This document shows, piece after piece, positions 7,254 through 14,508 of a stretch of 14,508 nt of DNA (the stretch's first letter is position 1; each line of letters starts with the position of its first letter). Made by a program: the position numbers and the translations under genes. Below the pieces are notes generated by a model that was given only the letters and a program-made list of their open reading frames with translations, was not told where the DNA came from and did not search any database. The stretch is from Chlamydiia bacterium (GTDB taxonomy: Bacteria; Chlamydiota; Chlamydiia; Chlamydiales; Rhabdochlamydiaceae), in NCBI GenBank assembly GCA_963804085.1, contig CAWDOQ010000007.1, positions 1 through 14,508 on the forward strand. The letters are read 5' to 3'.

Positions 7254-10020
7254 AAAAATAGGACGCTACGAAATTGTACGCAGTTTGGGCAAGGGCGGGA
7301 TGGGCGAAGTCTTCCTCGCGCGCGATCCTGCCTGCGGGCGTCTGGTCGCGGTCAAAAAGATCAGGCCCGATCTTGCCCAGCATAAGAGCATACAAGAGCG
7401 CTTTTTAAAAGAGGCGAAGATCGCCGCACAGCTGACTCACCCTTCGATCATCCCTATCTACACGATCGATGAGGAGAACTGTTTTTATACGATGCCTTAC
7501 GTCGAGGGCGAGACACTCAAAGAGATTTTAAGAATTGTCTACAAACAACAAAAAAGCGGCAAGATCACCCATCCGATCGGCTCTTCGATCTTAGCGCTTG
7601 TACGCGTCTTCTGGAGCGTCTGTCAAGCGATCGCCTACTCCCATTCTAAAGGTATTCTACATAGAGATCTGAAACCAGAAAACATCATCGTTGGAAAGTA
7701 TGGCGAAGTGATGCTCCTCGACTGGGGCCTTGCCGACTTTATCTTCGGGCAGCAAGAGGAGTTGACACTCCCCTCTCTTTCAAATGGAAATCTCACACAC
7801 CCGGGAAAAATCCCGGGCACGATCGCCTACATGGCACCGGAGCGGGCTCATGGAGAAAAATCGAGTGTGCTCACCGACATCTATGCCCTGGGCGTCATTC
7901 TCTACTACCTACTCACTCTCCACCTTCCTTTTGAGCGCACCACACTAAAAGAGTTCCGCAAAGAGATGAAAGAGGAGAAGCTGATCGATCCTACCGAGAT
8001 CGCTCCTTATCGCGACATTCCTTTACAGCTCTCCGAAATCGCCAAAAAGTGTTTGGCTCAAGACAAAACGGGGCGCTACCAAAAAATGTCTGAGCTCACG
8101 AGCGAACTGGAAAACTTCATCGAGGGAAGGCCCGAGTGGCTGACAGCTGCTCGTCTAAACATCGACAAAAAAGAGGATTGGGAGTTTCAGGAAAATATTC
8201 TAATGGCCAAGCACATCGCCATCACACGCAGCCCTGACGTGATGGAGTGGGTCAACCTGATGATCTGTAAAAACTCGTTTGCCGGAAACATCAAGATCCA
8301 GACTAAAGTCCGCCTTTTAGAAGGCGGCCAAGGCGTGGGCATTCTACTTGGCATTCCCGAAGCACAAGAGCGCATCGGCTTTGGCGATGGCTACTCGCTC
8401 TGGATTTCAGAAAAAGATCTGGCTATGACCAAACTCATTCGCTCTCACGTAGAGCTGATGAGCATTCCAGAGAGCGGTCTAGAAAAAGAAAAGTGGTACA
8501 ACGTGCGCATCGAGATGGTGGAAAACCATCTACGTTTTTATTTGGACGATCTCTTGCAGTGTCACTACATCAGCCAGCTGCCGCTTACAGGCACACACGT
8601 GGGACTGCTCTTCCGCGATGCAGACTTCGAAATGCAGGAGCTAGAGATTTTTGTCGGCAGCCAAAACGTGATGATCAACTGTCTCGCTATCCCCGACGCC
8701 TTTTTGGCAAATAAGCTCTATAAAAAAGCGCTCATCGAATACCGACGCATCGGCTACAGCTTTCCCGGAAGAGCCGAGGGAAGAGAGGCTCTATTTCGAG
8801 CAGGCATCACTCTTTTAGAGCAAGGGATCAATGAGACAAAAAAACTGACAAAACAGAGGCTCTGGCTTGCAGCATTAGAAGAATTTGGCAAGCTGCGTCC
8901 CACACCGGGCGCTCCCTTAGAGTATTTAGGAAAATCGCTCGTCTACAAAGCGTGGCAAGAGACCGATGAGGAGATCAAGTGCTTAGAGCTTGCCATTCGC
9001 AAATACCCGCACCACCCGCTCCTCTTTATTTTAATCGAAGAGATCGTCTTTCGCTTGCACGAGAGCTCGCTCTACAACAGATATGCAGCTTATCAGCTCG
9101 CGCTTTTGGCTTTAAGACACCTGCCGCAAATATTTCACAGCCCGGATAACGCAAAGCTTCTTACAAGCTTGCAAACCCATCGAGAGCCCCTCTTTTTTCT
9201 AGAAAGGCCTCTAGAGAAGCCTCAAGAGTCTGAAAAAAACACAGCTATGGCAATTGAGCTCGCTTTTTGGCTGGCAAAACCAATCACACTTATCGAAATC
9301 ATCGAACAGAGCACCACTTCTCCCCTTCTTGTCGGAAATGCACTCTCAGCTCTTTTGCAGCTAGGCTGCACAAAGGCAGTGCAAGAGTGCCTTTCTTTTG
9401 TTAAAGTCGAGGAGAGCCTCTTTTCGCTCGCTCTTTTGGCACACAAGCAGCCCACTAAAGCCCTTGCTCTTTTCTTTGCAAAAGCCAAACACCCCTACAC
9501 GTTTGCAGAGCTGCGCGCGCTCTTTTCTATCCTCATGACACTGCTCGACAAAGGAAAGCCAGGGCAGATTTTGCACTATGTAAATGCCATCTCGGATAGC
9601 CCAGAGCTGGACAGCTTGCTTTTAAGAGCTCTTTTACTTAGCGCCTTTTGGGAAGAGGCGAAGCAAATATTTGAAAAGTACCCCATAGAAGAGCTCTCGC
9701 AAGAAAGTAGTCCTTTGTACTATCTTTTTGGCTGCTGGTTATGGGCAACAGAAGGAGAGACGATCGGGCGGGCCCACTTTTCGGGAGTATCCGAACTTAC
9801 TACCCCGCCCACCTCAGCCCTGCTCGCCCACTACGTAAACGGGAAGATCAACCTAAAAAAAGGGTGGATCGAGAAGGCCTTTTACTGGGAAAAGATCGAA
9901 CTTTTGCGCCAGCTCGTCCTCTTCTACCAATGCCAGAGCAGAGGTAAAGAGGCGGCACGTATGCAGAAAAGATTGAACAAAGAGTTAAAACATGTCTCAT
10001 CTCTCTATACCTCTCCCTGA
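7246..10020 (+). CDS. pknD: Hanks-type Ser/Thr protein kinase, chlamydial PknD-like
   Basis: LGKGGMGEV, VAVKK, HRDLKPEN, DWG, GTIAYMAPE and DIYALG motifs. 924 aa with a long C-terminal region (CLAIPDAFLA, YRRIGYSFPGRAEGREA, GAPLEYLGKSLVY) as in chlamydial PknD. Confidence 0.9.
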   Translation: MVEKIGRYEIVRSLGKGGMGEVFLARDPACGRLVAVKKIRPDLAQHKSIQERFLKEAKIAAQLTHPSIIPIYTIDEENCFYTMPYVEGETLKEILRIVYKQQKSGKITHPIGSSILALVRVFWSVCQAIAYSHSKGILHRDLKPENIIVGKYGEVMLLDWGLADFIFGQQEELTLPSLSNGNLTHPGKIPGTIAYMAPERAHGEKSSVLTDIYALGVILYYLLTLHLPFERTTLKEFRKEMKEEKLIDPTEIAPYRDIPLQLSEIAKKCLAQDKTGRYQKMSELTSELENFIEGRPEWLTAARLNIDKKEDWEFQENILMAKHIAITRSPDVMEWVNLMICKNSFAGNIKIQTKVRLLEGGQGVGILLGIPEAQERIGFGDGYSLWISEKDLAMTKLIRSHVELMSIPESGLEKEKWYNVRIEMVENHLRFYLDDLLQCHYISQLPLTGTHVGLLFRDADFEMQELEIFVGSQNVMINCLAIPDAFLANKLYKKALIEYRRIGYSFPGRAEGREALFRAGITLLEQGINETKKLTKQRLWLAALEEFGKLRPTPGAPLEYLGKSLVYKAWQETDEEIKCLELAIRKYPHHPLLFILIEEIVFRLHESSLYNRYAAYQLALLALRHLPQIFHSPDNAKLLTSLQTHREPLFFLERPLEKPQESEKNTAMAIELAFWLAKPITLIEIIEQSTTSPLLVGNALSALLQLGCTKAVQECLSFVKVEESLFSLALLAHKQPTKALALFFAKAKHPYTFAELRALFSILMTLLDKGKPGQILHYVNAISDSPELDSLLLRALLLSAFWEEAKQIFEKYPIEELSQESSPLYYLFGCWLWATEGETIGRAHFSGVSELTTPPTSALLAHYVNGKINLKKGWIEKAFYWEKIELLRQLVLFYQCQSRGKEAARMQKRLNKELKHVSSLYTSP

Positions 10021-10540
10021 GATCACAAAAAGCGAAGTGGTCTATAAAGGCCTCTTCGACTTGCACCACGATGAGCTTGCGCTCCCTGAGGGAATCAGCC
10101 GCGATTACACCTCTCTTTTGATGCCCTGCGATGCAGCAGTCACCCTTGCAGAAACCAATGAGGGCAAGCTGGTCATCAACCTAGAGTACCGCCACCCCAC
10201 AAGAACATGGCTCTTAAGCGCCCCCGGAGGACGTATCGACAAAGGAGAGACACCGCTTGAGACCGCGAAACGTGAGCTTCTTGAAGAGACAGGCTATAGC
10301 GCAAAAGAATTTAAACTGGTGGGAAGCGTCTACCCCTTTCCGGGTCTTTGCAACCAGAAGATCTACTTTGCCCTCGCGTATGGCGCAAGCCAAGTTCAAG
10401 CGCCCAAGCGCGAACCCTTCGAACTCATCCAAACAACACTTAAAACCCTTGACGAGTTAAAACAAGAGATCGCACAGGGATCTCCTGTCGACGGAATCCT
10501 CTGCACCGCCCTTTTCTATGCATCAAATTCAAGTAGATAA
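9992..10540 (+). CDS. NUDIX hydrolase (ADP-ribose pyrophosphatase-like)
   Basis: Nudix box GRIDKGETPLETAKRELLEETGY preceded by EYRHP. Overlaps the end of pknD. Confidence 0.92.
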   Translation: MSHLSIPLPEITKSEVVYKGLFDLHHDELALPEGISRDYTSLLMPCDAAVTLAETNEGKLVINLEYRHPTRTWLLSAPGGRIDKGETPLETAKRELLEETGYSAKEFKLVGSVYPFPGLCNQKIYFALAYGASQVQAPKREPFELIQTTLKTLDELKQEIAQGSPVDGILCTALFYASNSSR

Positions 10541-11198
10541 TCTCGTCGTAGACGTTGTCCGAAAAGGGATTAAGAATTTCTATGTGCGCATCTATCCCGA
10601 TGGACGGGTCCGAGTCACCTCTTCGATTTTTACAACAGACGCATTCATTCGTAAATACCTCACAAAAAAGATGCCCTGGATCCAAAAAAAATTGGAGCGG
10701 TTTGCCAAACTACCCAGACACTCTCCCATCCAAATGATCGCAGGAGAGACGCACTACTTTCTGGGCCAAGCCTACCGGCTCGAGCTAAGAGAATCTTCTT
10801 GCGATGTAGAGCGCGATGATGAGACCAAATGTCTCTACATGCCACCTGGCCACACAAGCCAACTTAAAGAGATTCTCGACGACTGGTACAAAAGCGAGCT
10901 TAAAATGCTCCTGCCTCCCCTGATCGAGAAATGGGAAAAGATCATCGCTGTCAAAGCTCACCGGTGGAGCGTCAAAAAAATGAGAACGCGCTGGGGCAGT
11001 TGCAACATTCAGAAAAGGCGGATCTCCCTCAACCTAGAGCTTGTGAAAAAACCCCTCCCCTGTCTCGAATTCGTACTAGTCCACGAGTTAGTTCATCTAC
11101 ACGAGCGCCTGCACAATAAACGCTTCTACGCACTCATGGACAAATTCCTCCCCGACTGGCGCGAGCGCGACAAGCAGCTCCTCGGCCCTTTAGACTGA
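10518..11198 (+). CDS. YgjP/DUF45 (M48-like, SprT-like) zinc-dependent hydrolase
   Basis: KKMRTRWGSCN, LNLEL, VLVHELVHL (HExxH), HNKRFY and LPDW motifs. Confidence 0.92.
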   Translation: MHQIQVDNLVVDVVRKGIKNFYVRIYPDGRVRVTSSIFTTDAFIRKYLTKKMPWIQKKLERFAKLPRHSPIQMIAGETHYFLGQAYRLELRESSCDVERDDETKCLYMPPGHTSQLKEILDDWYKSELKMLLPPLIEKWEKIIAVKAHRWSVKKMRTRWGSCNIQKRRISLNLELVKKPLPCLEFVLVHELVHLHERLHNKRFYALMDKFLPDWRERDKQLLGPLD

Positions 11199-11210
11199 TA
11201 ATTCTGCTTT

Positions 11211-11849
11211 TTATTGTACGATACAGTCCAGGAGCTCGCCTACAGCTTCGATTGTCGCCACATGCCCCTCCATCACAGCCTCTCTCAGAACAGCTTTATA
11301 ACTTTGATTTTCTAATTTAACGAGGTCAGAACATCTTTTGCAGATGGGTTGCCAAACCAGATCGTTTTCTGCATAAGTGCGCCAAAGTTTACAAGTTTGA
11401 GTAACCTGTGCAATTTCTTTTGGTTGCAAGAATGAGAAAGAGTGAATCCATATGTTCTTTATTCCTAGTGTGTCTGTTTGAACAACAGGCGTCATTTTGT
11501 CTAAAACGAGCCAGTCAGCTACTTGTGCGTTGCTTGCGGCACTATCGGGATTGAACAATATGGAGCCTGCTCTAACAAATGTGCCTAGAAGCGTGCACGG
11601 AAGCACTAAAAGCAAAGAAATCGTAAGGATTACGATCCGTACGGCTAAATTTTGACAACAGGGTTCTGCATTTTCGATGGGAGTGACGACATTTCGCAAA
11701 ATGTCGACATTAAAGCTGCAACCCGCGCGTGAATCTAAAGCCGCATTCAGAAGGACGTGCAGAGGTGCAAAAAGTATCCGGCTTGCAAATTGATCAGCAT
11801 AGTCATTGTTTTCTATACTCGTTGTAAAAAATGCTTCTATTTTTGTCAT
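11211..11849 (-). CDS. F-box domain protein with a central hydrophobic hairpin (putative host-directed effector)
   Basis: In-frame ATG at 11849; the upstream part of ORF ..12245 overlaps repeats. Hydrophobic LAVRIVILTISLLLVLPCTLLGTFVRAGSILF, then F-box-like IWIHSFSFLQPKEIAQVTQTCKLWRTYAENDLVW. Confidence 0.78.
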   Translation of the reverse strand: MTKIEAFFTTSIENNDYADQFASRILFAPLHVLLNAALDSRAGCSFNVDILRNVVTPIENAEPCCQNLAVRIVILTISLLLVLPCTLLGTFVRAGSILFNPDSAASNAQVADWLVLDKMTPVVQTDTLGIKNIWIHSFSFLQPKEIAQVTQTCKLWRTYAENDLVWQPICKRCSDLVKLENQSYKAVLREAVMEGHVATIEAVGELLDCIVQ

Positions 11850-11980
11850 AAAATTAATTTTTAATGCATCAAATTTTACAACAATTGGCGTTAAATAAAC
11901 AGCGAAAAGATGTTTTAAAACACAAGCAGAAGCCTCTGTACTGGAAAAAATTTGGAAGACTTTGGAAGACAAAGAGTTAA

Positions 11981-12016
11981 AGCAGGATGGCCAGGATAAG
12001 CAGGATGAAGAAAGAC
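11981..12016. repeat. CAGGAT triad (9-nt period)
   Basis: CAGGAT at 11983, 11992 and 12001, followed by GAAGAAAGAC. Inverted copy of 5656-5691. Confidence 0.75.
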
Positions 12017-12070
12017 AGACAAAAATCATGTTTTTTCTTTCTGTTCTCTTAATCACGAAATGGTAAAAAA

Positions 12071-12347
12071 CTGCGAAGCAGGGATAAGTCGTGGTGGAGA
12101 AAAACGGACAGGGGCTTAACCGCAAAGCGGTAAAAAGCTGCGAAGCAGCGACAGGTGCTAGCCGGGGGTGACGAAGGAACCCCCGGTACGAACCCCCAAC
12201 AAATAGAGCCACGAAGTGGCGACACTCACATAAAAGTTTCACCACTTACGTGGTTCTTTTGTTGGATTCTAACCGTAGGTTCCTTTCGGTCACCTACGTC
12301 TATCACTGTGTAGCCACTACGTGGCAAATCACCGCTTCGCGGTTAAG
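12071..12347. repeat. Composite palindromic REP/BIME-like element built from mini-hairpins
   Basis: Outer inverted repeat CTTAACCGCAAAGCGGT (12115-12131) / ACCGCTTCGCGGTTAAG (12331-12347). Inner paired hairpins at 12159-12187 and 12272-12302. Triloop hairpins include GCTGC-GAA-GCAGC, GCCAC-GAA-GTGGC and GCCAC-TAC-GTGGC. Confidence 0.8.
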
Positions 12348-12420
12348 ACATCTGGCATATTCTTAGTTGCGAAAACAGCTGTTTCGCGTCTGCTTTTTTG
12401 TATTTTTCCTATGGCCTGAA

Positions 12421-12438
12421 TGTATCAGATGTGATACA
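12421..12438. promoter_or_regulatory. Putative autoregulatory operator of the XRE gene
   Basis: TGTATCA-GATG-TGATACA inverted repeat just upstream of the start codon. Confidence 0.5.
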
Positions 12439-12449
12439 CATCTATGATT

Positions 12450-12731
12450 ATGAAAAAGAATAAACACAGAGGCTCTAGTTTTGATGACTTCCTTAAGGAA
12501 GAAGGACTTTTTGAGGAGTGTAATGCAGAAGCAGTAAAACGGGTTATTGCATTTCAATTAGAAAAAGAACTCAAGAAACAGAAATTGACCAAGACACAAC
12601 TCGCAAAAAGAATGCATACAAGCCGCGCCGCTGTAAATCGCATCCTTGATCCCCGAAAAACCTGCAGCCTGAAATCTCTTGTTATGGCTGGTGTTGCTCT
12701 CGGCAAGCAACTGCGCGTATCATTAGTCTAA
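12450..12731 (+). CDS. XRE-family HTH regulator (HigA-like antitoxin)
   Basis: N-terminal NKHRGSSFDDFLKEEG and HTH LTKTQLAKRMHTSRAAVNRILDP. Alternative start at 12444. Confidence 0.85.
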   Translation: MKKNKHRGSSFDDFLKEEGLFEECNAEAVKRVIAFQLEKELKKQKLTKTQLAKRMHTSRAAVNRILDPRKTCSLKSLVMAGVALGKQLRVSLV

Positions 12732-12757
12732 TACCGTTTATGAAAAGGTAAAAAGCA

Positions 12758-13033
12758 ATGGATGATACTACTCCTGAAATGGCTGAGAAAATGCGCGAAC
12801 TCATTCGCGCAAAATCGCCTATTGAGCGCTTGAAAATGGGCAGCTCCATGCATGAGACATCTAGGCGCTTAATCATTGATGCCATTTTGAGAGAGAATCC
12901 TGACATTTCGCCAGCAGAGCTGCGCAAGGAGCTTTTTTTGAGCTTCGATCGCGATGACTTTAGTCCTGAAGAGCGGGAGAAAATCCTGGAGGAACTGGGG
13001 AAAGTAAATCTTCCTTTAAATCTATCACGCTAA
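12758..13033 (+). CDS. Small helical hypothetical protein (DT[S/T]PE...SPxERL type, antitoxin-like)
   Basis: MDDTTPEMAEKMRELIRAKSPIERLKMG...RENPDISPAELRKELF. AAGG upstream. Confidence 0.75.
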   Translation: MDDTTPEMAEKMRELIRAKSPIERLKMGSSMHETSRRLIIDAILRENPDISPAELRKELFLSFDRDDFSPEEREKILEELGKVNLPLNLSR

Positions 13034-13078
13034 TTTTTCGTCCATTAAGCGCCCTTTTTGCCGGATAAGCGCAAGCGA

Positions 13079-13630
13079 TTAAATATTTGCGATGAAAAAG
13101 GCGGGTTTGACGTCTGCTTTTTGATATTTTTCTTTGAGCTCGCTCAGCATGTTGTCGACCACTTTTTGCACTGCTTTTTCTAAATCGTTTTGATTTTGAT
13201 CCAAAAAGCAGCGTTTTTCCCAAGCGAGTCCTGACACGAGAAATTCCTTATTTGAAATAAGTTCAGCACCGCTGATAAGCTTCATCGACACAAGAATCAC
13301 TGGAAGATATTTCGCTGGCGTATCTGCTTTAAAGCTCTCTTCTGCAACAGGTCCGATCATTATTTCTAGCACGCTGCTCGGCGATGAAAAATTTCTCGGT
13401 TCATCTGGCTCTACTGTGCCAAATGCGGAAAGGGATTTTTCTATAGATGCCTTTGTCTTCTTTTGGCTAATTTTTGAAGAACAGGTGATTGGCATCACAC
13501 ACACATTAGTGAGCTGAGAAAAAATCGTTCTCGGACACCGCGCAACTTGCTCTTCTGCACATATCGATTGTGAAAAAACAGCAGCGTATAACAATAGCGC
13601 TGTTAAACATCTAGTCCCAAGCTGGATCAT
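13079..13630 (-). CDS. Hypothetical secreted protein
   Basis: In-frame ATG at 13630 gives the signal-peptide-like MIQLGTRCLTALLLYAAVFSQSICA|EE. Overlaps the stop of the upstream gene. Confidence 0.7.
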   Translation of the reverse strand: MIQLGTRCLTALLLYAAVFSQSICAEEQVARCPRTIFSQLTNVCVMPITCSSKISQKKTKASIEKSLSAFGTVEPDEPRNFSSPSSVLEIMIGPVAEESFKADTPAKYLPVILVSMKLISGAELISNKEFLVSGLAWEKRCFLDQNQNDLEKAVQKVVDNMLSELKEKYQKADVKPAFFIANI

Positions 13631-14300
13631 CTGGTACTCCAAAAGTGCGCCATTTTTGAAACTTTGCAATTATAGGCGATACACATGTTGTCCAAAAAGC
13701 ACCCGAATTGCAACATCTAATACATGCCTCTTCAATAGAGGTTATCAACTTATTGAGCGTCCAAGCAACTTCTCGCCTCTTAAAACATGCTATCACACCT
13801 GCTCTCAATCCTTCGGCTGTTCCGCTTACGCGGTCAACGCAGTCTCTAATAGAAAGCTTTTCATTAGGATCAGCAAATTGTACGGGCTGATCTGGAATAA
13901 CTGCCCCCAATGGTCTATCAAACCATTGCACGCGTTGTGAAGCCCCTTCTTTGCAGCCATGTTGTACCAAGAAAAAACATTCAACAGCCGCGACATCTTC
14001 ATTAAAATCTTCTTCATATTCTAAAGCAGCATCACACAATGTTTTTCCCCACAATGCAGTCCCCATATTTTCTTCCGAAACACCGCTCTTTTGGTAATCG
14101 GCGATCACCTGATTGAACTTAACTAATGCTTCTTGAAAATTGTCCATAGTAAACAATTCCATCCCTTGGTCATTTAACTGACTGTAAGCCTGGTCTATCA
14201 GGAGCATCTCTTCATGAATCACCTGGTGATCACAATCACAACTATAACAATCTAACGTGCAAAAGATGAGTAGTGTTAAGTATTTAAGTGTTTGCTTCAA
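13611..14300 (-). CDS. Secreted cysteine-rich protein with a TPR-like helix pair
   Basis: TTG start with GGAGG upstream and a signal-like N-terminus. TPR-like LNDQGMELFTMDNFQEALVKFNQVI. Cys-rich C-terminus CIRCCNSGAFWTTCVSP. Confidence 0.75.
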   Translation of the reverse strand: MKQTLKYLTLLIFCTLDCYSCDCDHQVIHEEMLLIDQAYSQLNDQGMELFTMDNFQEALVKFNQVIADYQKSGVSEENMGTALWGKTLCDAALEYEEDFNEDVAAVECFFLVQHGCKEGASQRVQWFDRPLGAVIPDQPVQFADPNEKLSIRDCVDRVSGTAEGLRAGVIACFKRREVAWTLNKLITSIEEACIRCCNSGAFWTTCVSPIIAKFQKWRTFGVPDDPAWD

Positions 14301-14388
14301 AGAAAAGGCCCTCCGTAAAAAAAATTTGGCAAAAGTTACTCCTGGAATGCATTTTTGTCAAAATTATCTCTCCATTTCTTCAGGAGAA

Positions 14389-14485
14389 ATTGACTTGAAA
14401 TGGACACGAATGGACGGGGCCCAAGAGAACTAGCTTAAGTTTCTTTCTTGGCGCATGTCCATTTCACGTACCATTTTCATGCCAT
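14389..14485. repeat. Inverted ATGGAC/GTCCAT triad element related to the 1603-1774 array
   Basis: ATTGAC at 14389 and ATGGAC at 14400 and 14410. GTCCAT at 14457, GTACCAT at 14468 and TGCCAT at 14480. The spacer shares TCTTTCTTGGCGC and GCCCAAGAGA with 1658-1688. Confidence 0.7.
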
Positions 14486-14508
14486 TTTTCTTACTTGTCC
14501 TTTTTCGT

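Noticed and set aside
7156-10857. Short antisense and alternative-frame ORFs within pknD, NUDIX and YgjP
   Set aside because: They are shadow ORFs of well-supported genes.
11850-12245. N-terminal 132 aa of ORF 11211..12245
   Set aside because: It runs across the REP-like element, the CAGGAT triad and AT-rich promoter-like DNA, and is not protein-like.

Overview
This 14.5-kb window most likely comes from an environmental Chlamydiota genome, judging by the chlamydial-type PknD kinase, TrpS and F-box/LRR effector-like genes. The core block is trpS (-), divergent from a four-helix-bundle gene, pknD, a NUDIX hydrolase and a YgjP/M48 gene (+). The flanks are accessory: a multiply frameshifted F-box-like/LRR gene, a second four-helix-bundle gene, a duplicated DUF5674-like gene around a GNAT, three antitoxin-like genes with no toxin partner, an F-box protein with a hydrophobic hairpin, and two secreted proteins. 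The most striking signal is non-coding. The four-helix-bundle (23S-rRNA-IVS/Avd-like) gene upstream of pknD sits in the loop of a 41-bp inverted repeat made of GTGCCC units, and all four non-Watson-Crick positions are G-U on the sense strand. This is the architecture of an rRNA intervening sequence, but in an mRNA context. Related short-period inverted repeats (GTGGAC, ATGGAC, CAGGAT) recur at four other sites, alongside an RPE-like palindrome and a REP-like element. The left ~5 kb has many single-base frameshifts, so sequencing or assembly error there cannot be excluded. Family names come from motif recognition, not from database searches.
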